A stretch of 64,000 bases of DNA from Camelus dromedarius (taxonomy: Eukaryota). The DNA lies in assembly GCF_036321535.1 (NCBI RefSeq), contig NC_087436.1, positions 102,302,001 to 102,366,000 on the forward strand, in the 5' to 3' direction. The notes below the pieces were generated by a model. The model was not told the DNA's origin, did not search any database, and was given only the letters and a program-made list of their open reading frames with translations. Shown piece by piece: positions 39,491 through 51,040 of the stretch; within the stretch, counting starts at the first letter, position 1; the number at the start of each line of letters is the position of its first letter. Both the position numbers and the translations under genes were made by a program.

Positions 39491-41305
39491 TTGACTGCCA
39501 TTCTCTGATAAAAACGCAGTTAGATTTCAGCCTGGTAGAATAGATGTGAAGACAGCACATATCTTTGAAAATATACCTAAAGTCCTAAATTCCAACTTCC
39601 CATGACTCCAAGTAGGTTCCCTTTATGCATCTTCCATAGATAGCCTGCAGAAATATTGGAAAACAAGGTGGATATCGAGATAAACATGCCCATACTAACT
39701 CATTTCCACCAGTCTTTTGTAATAAGATATAAGGGAAACTGAGGGAGATTATGAAGAAAAGCATGTTTAAATGACTCTTTGCATAGAGGTACTAAGCAGA
39801 GAATATTATGGATAATCACATAGGCAAGTCAAAAGATAAATCTTCAGTTGGCTTTTTAAATGTGGGTTTGAGCAGTACAGATGTTTTGTACAATTAGGCC
39901 TTGGCCTCTATAAGGATGTTTGAGGTTTGAGATGTTGGACTTTAAGAGGTTGCACTTGGTTTCTATAAAGGTGTTTGAATAAACTGAGCAAGAAGTGTTC
40001 CCTATCACAGAAGGCTACCTTGCTGATGTAATCTTTTGAGGCCCCTGGGTTTTGTAAGTTCAGGTCATTGAAGGATACCATGGTACAAGCTGGGCCTATA
40101 GCTGGCAACAACATAGCAGATTTGCAAAACTTAGAAGAAGTATTAAAATATAAATCAAACCACACAGCAAAATATAAAATCCCTGAAGCCTTATAAGAAG
40201 ATGCTTACCTTCAACTTTCAAAGAAAGAAAGAGCAATGAATTCAAGAGAATTCAAACCTAATTAACCTAAATTAACTCAAACTTAAAGCTGGGAGACCTT
40301 TTGAGAAAGGGTCTGGCATTAGGTTCTGTACCAATTGGCAGAAATTATGTTTTAAAAGATATCATCACTAAATCCTCATTTTAAAAATGAAATATAATGA
40401 GTTTAACAAATCAAAACATTTATTTGATATCGCCTAATGTAAATGTGTCAGAAACTAAGTTTATATTTTTACTAGGCTTATAATTTTAAATGTCATCTTC
40501 TTTATGATCAGACCTCATAAAACTCATGTACTCTAATTCAGAATTTCAGATTGAACTAGAAAAGCCAAGAGATAAGGAACTAAATGTTGGAAGTAAAATT
40601 GGTGTTCAAAAATAAGTACATTCTGTTTGTGCAAACAAGTAGTTTATGGAGTCTGTGAATACAATAAGCTTGTTAATTTTATCTAACCAGATAAAATTAA
40701 GCTAAAATTTGAAATAAAAAAATAATATAAGGTAGCATGGCACAACTGGGTATTTTTCATTATTTAGTGTTCCATAAAATATATGATACAACAAAAAAAA
40801 GTGAAGATCTGAAAAGAAGATAAAAGAGGAAAAACATATGATGGTAACTTTAAATAGGAAAAATGTCATACTTCCAAGACAATCATTCCTTATTCAATTG
40901 CAAAAACTGACCATGATTATGATCATTTTTCATGAAAACTTTTATATCTTTCACTGTCTTTATGCTACATAATTATATTTTCTACCAAAAAGAGAATTTG
41001 GTTAAACTTACAGCTGCAAAGATATTCAACAATATTACTCTTTTAAAATGAGGCTTTTAGTTTTTTATAAATGATAGCATTTATTACATATTTTCTATGC
41101 CGCATTATTTATCAAATGAAGAAATTATGACTTACATTTAAAAAAAAAGTCTTCCTACTTTATAATTTTATTTTTGCAAAAAAGGAACCACATATCCATT
41201 ATGGTAATATGACTTGGCAGTGATTAGTTTATTCAATCAGATTATAGTGAAAAACCTATGCAATGAACTCAAATGAAGAAAGTCTACTTGTAAAGGTGAC
41301 CAAAA

Positions 41306-41329
41306 TATATATATATATATATATATATA
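41306..41329. repeat. (TA)n microsatellite
   Basis: About 12 TA units. Confidence 0.9.
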
Positions 41330-42514
41330 TTGCTTTCTTATTACCTGTAAGCTAGCTACATTTTTCTTTTTAAAGGTCAATCAATGACAGCATGAACTTT
41401 TTCTTTTCCAATACTGAAAAGCAGCAATAAATTGCTTTCACTATCCATAGTGGAACTGTATACTCTTGGATAAGTTTTAATTCCAAAAATCACAGTAAGT
41501 GACCTTCTTTATAATATCACTATTGTTTGTCTAGTTTCAATGATAGTCTTGTGACAATATCCTCAAATTTTCACAATTCTGCTATTTCTTGTCAAGTTGT
41601 CAGTCACAAAGTAAATTTACATTAAAGCAGATTTTTCTTCAAGGACTTTGAATTAAAAGTTCAAATACAATCCAAAGTGACAGAACTCTATAAAATTAAA
41701 GTTGTGTCATATAGAATTTTTTTTTAATTTAGATAGGTAAACAGCTGAAGAAACTGAATGTACAAATATATATCTAATCCATTTAAACTTTACTAAATAG
41801 AGTTTGGAATATTCTATTTCCAGTGTTCCAACTCATTCTTCTTATTCCTTGATCACATCACATATCCTTTTGAATAACACCTGATGAATGCAGTTTGTAA
41901 GATTGATACTGTCCAATCAGTATGGACTATCTGGAAGCACACTGCAGAGGAAATTGCACACTATCCAGGCCAGAGTTGATAAAGAGTTTACAAAGGTAAT
42001 TTAGCTTATTTATTGGCAGATGTATTGTCCTTAATAGAAAAGGACGTGGACGAGACTCTCAACCAATCTTGTCTCTGTTAATTTCCTCCAAGGTGAAATT
42101 GCTTTTGGATGATTTTGATCAGGTTCTTTAAAAGCTTACGCCAGTGACTGTCACATATTATCATACATCAGAATTACTTATGGGACTTTTGATTATAGAA
42201 AGGATACCTGAACCCCAAAACTGAACTAATGAATCTAAAACATAGGTCAGAGGGAAGCAACATAAGGTTTTGAAAAAAAATCCCACTGCTGATATTTTTG
42301 CCCAAATGCTAAAATTGCTGATTCAAAATGACAATATGGTCAGTATTACGTTTAAGCCTTTTATCTTCCCTCATATGTTCTGGAAACAAAGGAAGTCAGT
42401 AATATATTTTTCTTGATTCAGTTTTGTAATCACACTTTTCAGCTTATTAAGAAATAGGGCTTTTTGTTTGCTTTCAAATTAAACCTGATCCTAGTTATGA
42501 GGGGGTTACACACG

Positions 42515-42745
42515 GAGAATTAGAGGAAATAGCATGGGCTCTTGAGGCAGATGGATTTGGCATTTAAATATTAATTCATGTATTTCAAGCTATATGAAAT
42601 TTGGCAAGTTAGCCAATTTCTTTGAGACTCTGTCTCATCAAGATAATAATGTTTATCCAGTGTAGTTGTCATGGTAACTAAAGGAGACAATATCAATAAA
42701 TTAGTTATCACAATAACTGCAACTAATAGTCACTCAGGAAAAAGT
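42515..42745 (+). mobile_element. MIR SINE
   Basis: 'agcatgggctcttgaggcagatggatttgg...agctatatgaaatttggcaagttagccaatttctttgagactc'. Confidence 0.75.
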
Positions 42746-42899
42746 CATTTCCCTTAATATTTTATATTATTATTTTTCTGCCCTTGGAAGTAGCGCTAAT
42801 CAAGTATTCCAGGCTTAATATAAAGCATCTTATCCCATAAATTGTTTACGTTTTTTCTTCCAAATATCCGTTAAACTTGCTGCCTCAGTTCCTACAGGA

Positions 42900-43190
42900 A
42901 TTTATTAGAACTTGTAGTAAGATCTTCTTTAGTCATACTATCTAAAATTTCACCCCACCACCTTCCTCTCCTTTCCCAATAAATTATTTAATTCCATATT
43001 TTTTTCCACTAACATTCTAAATACTTTACTTGTTTTGTGTTTTTAGTAACTCTCTTTTCCTTTAGAATGTAAGTTCATAAGAGCAGATGATTTTGTATCT
43101 GTCTATCACTGCTGAATTCACAGAACCTAGAAGCATCCTTGCATATGTCAGTTACACAATGATATTTTTCTAAGGAATGGGAGTAATAAC
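42900..43190 (+). mobile_element. L2 3' end
   Basis: 'tagaatgtaagttcataagagcagatgattttgtatctg...tcactgctgaattcacagaacctagaa'. Confidence 0.75.
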
Positions 43191-43279
43191 TGAGATACAC
43201 AGCCTGTTACAAACTGAATGCCGGTTTGAGGTCTTGGAAGCCATAGTTGACATTTATATACCAGGAATAACTTCAACAT

Positions 43280-43443
43280 ATGTGCTTTTTCCACTTTCAT
43301 GTGCTAATGAATTACCTGGACATCTTGTTAAAAAATAGAGATTCTTATCCAGCGGGTTTCAGGTAACACCTAAGATTCTGCATGTCTGTCAAATTTAATT
43401 GATGCCAATCGTGCTGGTCCTCAGACCTCACGTTGAGTAGCAT
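43280..43443. mobile_element. MER5B-like hAT DNA transposon
   Basis: 'gaattacctggacatcttgttaaaa...cctaagattctgcat...tgatgccaatcgtgctggtcctcagacctcacgttgagtagca'. Confidence 0.75.
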
Positions 43444-46049
43444 GATTATAAACTACTGCAGATTTATGGAAGTCAGAGAAACCAATAAAGAAAAGTATGT
43501 AAGTATATACAAGTTAATTAAAGGATGCTTTGTTGTCCTTCAAAAACATGTAGCTTTTGGTTTGAGTTATAGTTTGGATTTGCATGGATAAATGCCATGT
43601 TAAATTACTGAAAATTTCTGGACATTAGGGAATCTATGAAAGGGAGAAAACCCCTGCTACTTCTGCTCAGATAGCTCTTCAGATACTGGGGATCTATGTG
43701 TGATATCTAGCTTCCTATCAGTTAGTTTTCCCTCCATCTGGGCATCTCACCTAGTCCCCTAGTATATGCAACCTTTTTTACACTTTGGGAAGTTCACCAA
43801 ATGAGAGAAAGGACAGAGGGAATTCCCATACTTCTAAACCTAAGAGCATGAATAAAAGCATAGAATAAAATATCAAAATCCTTTGCTATTGTATATCTAT
43901 GGTTCAGTTTGGGTGAAACATAGATTTGTTTTGTTGGTATTTGAGAAACCTTAGTTCAAAGGTGACTGACAAAATAGTAAGTTGTAAGAATTGATGTGAA
44001 GGGCCTGTGGCAAGTATAAAATTATTAGTATTTTATTAGTACTCATAAAATTTAATAAAAATGGAAAAATTAAATGCATAAACTTAAAAAAAATGACCAA
44101 AAACAAACAAAAATCCTTGATGTAGAATTTATTAAGCCATCTCCTTTTGTAAAGTATTTTGTGATACTAGGGCATTAGTTGCCTTAACTGTGAGAAGTAA
44201 TACTCTGATTACTTTTTTCTGTTTGTTTTGCTTTTTATAACAATACTTCTATAAACAGATATTCTTTATATAAAAAAATTTTTTTTTAGTTAAGAAGAGA
44301 AAGACTAGACCATGGCAACTCCATGATAAACACACATACCGTGATAAACAAAATTGTTTTGGAGAAAGATAGGTAATGGAGCTTTTGAACAACCATTCAT
44401 TTTTAAGGTAGAAAAAAGATCCAATAATAATTAAGTCTAATCTTTTTTAATTTTCTCTTTAATATTGATTTCCTTGGTATTGATTTGTTTTACCTAATAA
44501 CTGCTAAAGTCTTCTGAGCAATTATTAGGTCACAAGAATAGGTCCATAGCTAACCTTTAAAGAGCAAGCCACTTTATCTGCAACTGCAAGTCTCCTAGCA
44601 GTTTATGTAGGAGACTTTGAATTCAATAAGGCTGAGAAGACAGTGGTATTTAGGCAACGCTAAAGGTTAATGTGCCTGAGCTTCCAATGGAGTAGTATAG
44701 CAAAAGGAAGTTGGAAATCACATGGCAGCTGCGGGATGATGTAGAAGTAGAAATAAGAAAGCATATCTGTTCCTAGTAAAATATCACAAAACAAACACAT
44801 ATTAACCTTCCTAGTTTATATTTTATAAGAAATACAATCTTGTGTAAAATAATGGGGTATGGAGCCATTACTCTCTGAGATTCCTTAGGGCATATAGATC
44901 AGATTCTCTATGCCATACCCCCAATTGGATGAATCTATATCTATCTACTTCCTCTTATTTCAGTTTGTAACAAGATGCTTCCAGAGGGAACAGGATAGTC
45001 CCCTTGCTTCCTATCTTTGTTTTCCTACTTGCCAACAGATGCCTAAGAGTACATGGTCCAGAGTTACACAGCATGAATATACTGTATCCTTACCACTAAG
45101 GAGTCAATGTCCTCTCTGCTTTATCCTTCAAGCTCTAAGCAAAATGATGCTTTCCCCACCTCCTAATTTGCAGTATATTTTACAGTCCATTATTTATTCT
45201 GAATCTTAGTTTTCCAAATGCTATTTGCATGAGTAGTAGCGGGAAGGAGCCATGATTCTCAAACTCATGTATGTGGCTTAACTTCTCATTGCATGCTTCC
45301 TTTTCGATTTTTCTGAAAGAACCTTTGATGTCAGCCCTTCCTGTTATCCTCTGTGGCTATGGTTGTGCCACTGTTCTGTGATCCTGGTGCCAAAGTCTGG
45401 ATGGGTGGAGGTGACGAAGGCATTGGCCTTTCTGGCAGCTATCTGGCTATACAGATTGTTCTTGAGACCTCCATAGCCCTGATTTGTGCAATCCTTCATT
45501 TCTGGCAGCTTTTCTTTTTGTATGTCTCTCTTTTGTCAAGCTACCCCAGTCAACAAGCTTCAAGCCAAAACTGTAAATTTTTTTATACTTTACATTATCC
45601 TTGAGACTCAGGGAACAAGTCACATGTCCCTTGTGTTTAGAGTACTACGCATGACTTTTATCTGTTCTTCTCCCCCATCTCAGAGAATCATTAAGCTCAG
45701 AGGAAAAGTTTGTCTTCTCATTTCCTTAAAACTCTCTGGTACATTCCATTAATCTCAGAAGTATTGAGCACAATCTTAAACATGAATTTAGATTCTTGGA
45801 ACTAAACTTTCCCTGGAGCAAGAAAGCTTATATTTGCTATCTGCTCAACTGAATGGAAGAGAAATAGGAAAATAATGGCAGAAAAAGAATAATTTAATAT
45901 GGTATTTAACTACACTATCAGTGGTGTTTGTTTTATCCATTATTTTGTTTGTATTATCCCTTCTGTAGTTGAAATTCGTGATCATCATGAAGTAACCTCT
46001 GTGCCCATACTAATATATTTTATGTTTTCCATTAATCATTAAATAGTGT

Positions 46050-46804
46050 TGTTAAAAGATAGGCTGAGGCACTTTAAAATTTTCAAGAGTTTATCTGAGC
46101 ATGTATAGTTTTGAATCAGGCAGTATGAAAGCCAAATTGGTTAGGAAGTTTTAGGATCTGGGAACTAAGTGAGAGGTTTTTATAGAGATTTGGAAACAAA
46201 GCAAGGAAATGGATTGGCAATAGCGTAGGCAGCTGCCTTATCTGGGAAAGTCCCATTGATGATTTATTATTGGTTATTCTTAAGTTTCATCTTCTAACAT
46301 TCAAGTTCATTGACTGGTGGTTTGTGAACTGGCCCGCATAGACGGAGGTCAGTGAAAGACTGAATAAAGAGCCAGACTGCTCCAGGATGTGGTAGGTGTC
46401 AGGGTTAACAAGCAAAGGAACTTACAAGGTTTGTCTTGGGTGATCACAAGGCAAATAGACCTCTGCACCTGCCTGCCTGAATTTTAAAAGCTTACTTACA
46501 GACCTTGACTGGGTTCAGTCACATATGCTGTTCAGATGGACTCAATAACACATCACTCTCCCAGGTTTGTATTCTTGAAAATAGCTTTGGCTGTGAAAAG
46601 GGTAGGCAAAGTATAAATTCCAAGGACAGGGGAGAAGGTAGATAGTGTGCAATTGCCTGGGTCCAGCTTCAAGACCAGCTGGTGCTCGTGTGCTTTGGAA
46701 GACCCCCACCATCAGACTCTGGCTTAGGTTCTGGTTTGTTGTGTAAGCTACAAAGCATTAGAGCCACCCCAGTCTAAAGACATCTTCATTTAATTACTTT
46801 AACA
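46050..46804 (-). mobile_element. ERV1-type solo LTR (host), split by a nested LTR
   Basis: Inverted termini TGTTAAA (46050) ... TTTAACA (46804); flanks GTGT/GTAT look like a 4-bp TSD with one mismatch; 'aaattttcaagagtttatctgagca' motif. Strand inferred. Confidence 0.7.
46315..46714 (-). mobile_element. Solo LTR of the same family as the 15.5-kb proviral LTR
   Basis: Colinear shared blocks with 15456-15833, e.g. 'agactgaa.aaagag', 'ctccagg', 'ggtaggtg', 'agcaaaggaacttacaa', 'cctt.actggg', 'cttgaaaat.gcttt', 'caattgcc', 'cagct'. Confidence 0.85.
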
Positions 46805-47739
46805 GTATACACTTATTCCTTACATCTACATATTTGTTTATAACAAAGCTATTTAATTACTGTCCTTAGAAAAGTCTTGAATGCACTTAACCACCTTTCA
46901 ACCCCTTGTTAATTCATACCCTATTTATTTTATCTACAGTGTTTGCCAGTGATACTGAGTTCCACAGGCTCCTATTCAAAGTGATGAACTAAAATTCTCA
47001 TGCCCACTCCTCATTAGTCCCCCAGACAAGACAATATAAATTCAATTGATCGTATTTCAGACTCGAATTGGGCCACACTTGTTGAAGAGGAGGCTTTCTG
47101 TTTATTGTCATACACATGACTGTGACTCTCTAGGTCTGTCTTCTATATTAAATCTATGCTACAGAAATGGTAAGTGGAAAGTTTCAGGGACAATTCACAC
47201 TTTGTTCTACTCTGCTTTCTTCTTGAACGTGCCTGGATTAATAAGTGCTCTAGGTAGAAATCACAAATGCATTCGTGTATGGCACTAAGTCCAGTAAAAT
47301 AATTATCTCCTATACTAATAATCTTCATATAAAATAATTTACTAGCTTGGCCTCTGATTAAAATAACTAGAAAGTATATGGTTACATTTTGGTAGGAAGG
47401 GTTCACATATAACTCAGTGATGCATTTTTGTTTACTAGAGAGCTCCTCATTTAAATTTTAACATTGAACAAAGGTTAAATCTGAAAACAGAATTTTACTT
47501 TCTTTTCATCATTGTTCTTTTATTGTATCTTCCATTGGACCCTTATAAGAAAAGGAGATGGCTAGCTCAGGGTGCATTTGAGATTCCCCCAGTTTTATGA
47601 AACTATAGGAAATAAATATTCTTAATATCTGCATAAATAATACCTGAATCTTTCACTCTTACTAGATGCTTGACTTTGGATGAGAGAGTTGCTTTAGACA
47701 GGGGCAGGTGTGCTTCTGCAGATACCAACTTATCTTAAA

Positions 47740-48440
47740 TATTTTCTTACTCTCTTCACTGTTGCAGTTACAACAAGGACCTTCTTTAGTTCTTGAACCT
47801 CCTACACTCCCCTTAATACAAGACTCATGAACATGATATTCTCTCTTCTTGGAATGTTCTTTACTTCCTTCATTGACTATTTAATTCCTATTCCTCATTC
47901 TTTGCCTCTTGATCCAACCATTACTTCTGGAGGAATCCTTCTATATGCTTTGTAATTAGGCCATTACCTCTTGGACAGCTTAACCAAGTTGCCACTTTAC
48001 CTCTCCGTCCATGACTATTGAGTGGACGGATGCCACACCCAGGAGGCTATAAGCTTTATGAAGTAAGACTTAACACGCACTTTTTTTTTTTCAATTTTTA
48101 TTTTTATCTTTATTTTTTTTAACATTTTTTATTGATTTATAATCATTTTACATTGTGTCAAATTCCAGTGTTCAGCACAATTTTTCAGTCATACATGGAC
48201 ATATACACACTCATTGTCACATTTTTTTCTCTGTGAGCTACCATAACGTTTTGTGTATATTTCCCTGTGCTATACAGTACAATCTTGTTTATCTATTCTA
48301 CAATTTTGAAATCCCAGTCTATCCCTTCCCACTCTCCACCCCCCAACACGCACTTTTGATCATCATTGCACCCCTGGACCCTATCAAAGAATCTGCCATA
48401 TAATAAACCTCAACTAACACTTGAAGAAATGAATTGTTTT
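47740..48440 (+). mobile_element. L2 3' end interrupted by a young L1
   Basis: 'ccttctttagttcttgaac...ttctctcttcttggaatgttctt...ctataagctttatgaag' resumes after the L1 as 'tttgatcatcattgcacccctggaccct...gaaatgaat'. Confidence 0.7.
48085..48344 (-). mobile_element. Young 5'-truncated L1 3' end (camelid-type) with 13-bp TSD
   Basis: T-rich tail then 'aacattttttattgatttataatcattttaca...aattccagtgttcagcacaatttttcagtcatacatggacatatacac'; perfect TSD AACACGCACTTTT at 48072-48084 and 48345-48357. Confidence 0.92.
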
Positions 48441-49889
48441 CTGCAGTACATTGTATGTCCTTTTCACATAACACGTAACACTTGGTTTACTCTGATTTGT
48501 ATTAAAAATATTTTTTCACCTGTTACCTTCTGGTCTCACTTTTCATTCCAGTTTCCTTAAAGACCCTGAATTTTATATGCATTTCTTAGTGGAACTTGGT
48601 ATAAGGTTGTAAGTTCATAATACAGATTTGTAAAACTTTAAATGTATCACAATAGTCTTTTAAAATAATTTCTGAATATATATATATGCATATATTTATG
48701 TATATTTTATTAAAGAAATATAGTGACATTTATATGTTGAATATAATACATCACAAATAAAAGTATCTCTACTTAACTTCAAACCATAACTATTTAAGAT
48801 TAAAGTATGAACAACTATCCTTTGTTAAAGCAGTATAATTAATTTGCATTGTAATATGACACAAAATGATATTTCATTTGAATTAGAAGGTGAAAAAACA
48901 ATAAAAATGAGCAATTATTTTTTCTGGGACTTAGAAAATTAAAACTAATTAAGGAATTGGACTTAACTATGTAGAATATATTAAAACAATTGAGTCAAAG
49001 TGTCTGCATCACAGTTATTCATACAAATAGGAATCTGTTTTTTGACAAGTAGCTTAATAATGGCAAGGGAAATCAAATTTCTAACAATTACAGTGTCTTC
49101 TATTGTAGTATTAGCTATTTGAATACATCTATTGATTTTTTTAAGGAACTGAAAGTCACGGAGCAATAAAGAAATTGCAGGTAAAAAATGGCTTCTTAAG
49201 ATGGTCCAAGGTCATCTCTGAAAACATAGAAGTTGAGTAGTAAGTGCAGAGAGCCGTAGTAAATTTTTAGAATTGTCTGGCCACTATATCTTTGAACCGA
49301 CATGTGATCTTACACCATTGTCTTCTTTTCATATTTTATTTACATATTTAGTTTATAATTTGTTCCTTTAGTATCATTTTAATTTTACTGGAGGCAATTT
49401 GCCTAATACCATCAGGTTATTTGCCCATGAATTTACCTGATGCAGCGTTTCAAATGTCTGTGAAATAAGGGAAGAGATGTGTTTTGAAACATGTTCTCAT
49501 TCTGAAGGAGCTGGCTCTAGTGTACATCATTTGTTATACCCCGTGGAGACAGGCTTGCAGTATCCCCATGGCTCACAGCAGCACTGGGATAAAGATGAGA
49601 ACATGGGCTTCTCTGACCCCTTCATTTGCCTCCTTGACTCTTCCCAATTTCATAGTAGCAGAAAGGTTTCCTCCTCCTCCCTGCTTCCATCTTGTCCTGG
49701 GCAAGTTAGTAGGAACTTAAGACACAGACTGGCTGACAATGTTAATTTTGTAAATTTGGAAGTCAAACTTAAAATTCACCTTCTGATTTACTCATGCTCA
49801 AATGTCCCAATAACACACCTTTGCTCCCAAAGGCAGATGATTCCCTTAAAGACCTAGGACACTGTTTCCATGCAGACAAGGATTTTGGT

Positions 49890-50312
49890 CACTGATTTAA
49901 ATGCTTCCTTTGTCGCCCAAATAGAGTAGAAACTTCTATTGCTCGCATATACCCTGTTCTCCTACAGGGCACATTGGTTCTCCACACCTTTAGGCATGGC
50001 CATGTGACTAATTCTAACCAACTGGTATAGACGAAAATGATGTATGTCTTTTCCAGGGGAAAATAATTGTTGGTTCTGTGAGACCAGTGCTTTCGCCCTG
50101 CTTCAGCAATCAGAGAGAGAGGTTGTTGTTGAAATGGCGAAGCTACAAGATTAACAAAGCTTAGGTTAAAGCATCATTACACACTCTACAGTTGCCTTAG
50201 AGATTTGCATAAGTGAGGACAAACTTTTGTAATGTTAAACCACAAAGATTTGGAGTTTTGCTGTTTTTGTTATTTTTTTCACAAGATAATATAGCATATC
50301 TTGACTGTCACT
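49890..50312 (+). mobile_element. MLT1J/I-like LTR
   Basis: 'taggcatggccatgtgactaattctaaccaa...aaacttttgtaatgttaaaccacaaagatttggag...tagcatatcttgactg'. Confidence 0.7.
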
Positions 50313-50347
50313 GCAAGGGTCTAAAGTAGTGCTTGGCACATATGAGC

Positions 50348-50650
50348 GTGTGTGAGTTTTCTACAGCTGCATAGCAAATGGCCACAAACTTGGTGGCTTG
50401 AAAAAACATTCATTTATTAACTCACAGTCTTTGGGTCAGAAGTTCAGACCTACATTAGTGGATTCTCTCCTCAAGTGTATTGCAAGTCTGAAATCAAGGT
50501 GTTGACCAGGCTGAGTTCTCCTCTGGAAACTCAGAGAGAAAATTCACTTGAAAACACATTCTTGTTGGAATAATTCAGTTTTTTGTAATACAAAGGTCTT
50601 TATTTCTTTGCTGACTGTTAATCAGAGTCACACTCAGATCCCAGAAGTTA
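50348..50650 (-). mobile_element. MLT1E-like LTR, 3' part
   Basis: 'gctgcatagcaaatggccacaaacttggtggcttgaaaa...ctgaaatcaaggtgttgaccaggctgagttctc'. Confidence 0.8.
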
Positions 50651-50814
50651 CTATATTCATATCCATATTCTGAAAAATAAATGAGGCCATACATGTAAAG
50701 TGCTTAGAACTGGTACATAGCAAGCAATTATTCAATGCTTAGACATTAATATAATTATTTTTGGCATCTAATCTGGGTCTATCATGAAAATGCGGTTTTC
50801 CATTTCCTAATGGA

Positions 50815-51040
50815 GTAAGAATTAGAATCAATATGTATTGAGAAACTATTAAATGTCAAACATTATGCCAAATAAATTCTCATTTAATTCTTTTCACAAG
50901 AAAATAAATGGGTTTATTACCGTTACACGCATAGAAAAACAGTGACATAAAGAATTTAAGTATCTTGTCCAGATTTAGGACAGAAGTAAAGAAAGGAACT
51001 GAAAATTTAATTTGGCCTGTTTGACTACAAAATCTATGTT
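50815..51040 (-). mobile_element. MIR SINE
   Basis: 'aatatgtattgagaaacta...tctcatttaattctt...agaatttaagtatcttgtccaga...gcctgtttgactacaaa'. Confidence 0.65.

Noticed and set aside
15456..46714. The two related LTRs as the ends of one 31-kb provirus
   Set aside because: They are visibly diverged, the 46.3-kb copy is nested in another LTR with its own flanks, and the intervening DNA is ordinary genomic sequence with older MIR/L2 repeats
49477..49857. 126-aa ORF
   Set aside because: No recognisable motif or exon signals; length is compatible with chance
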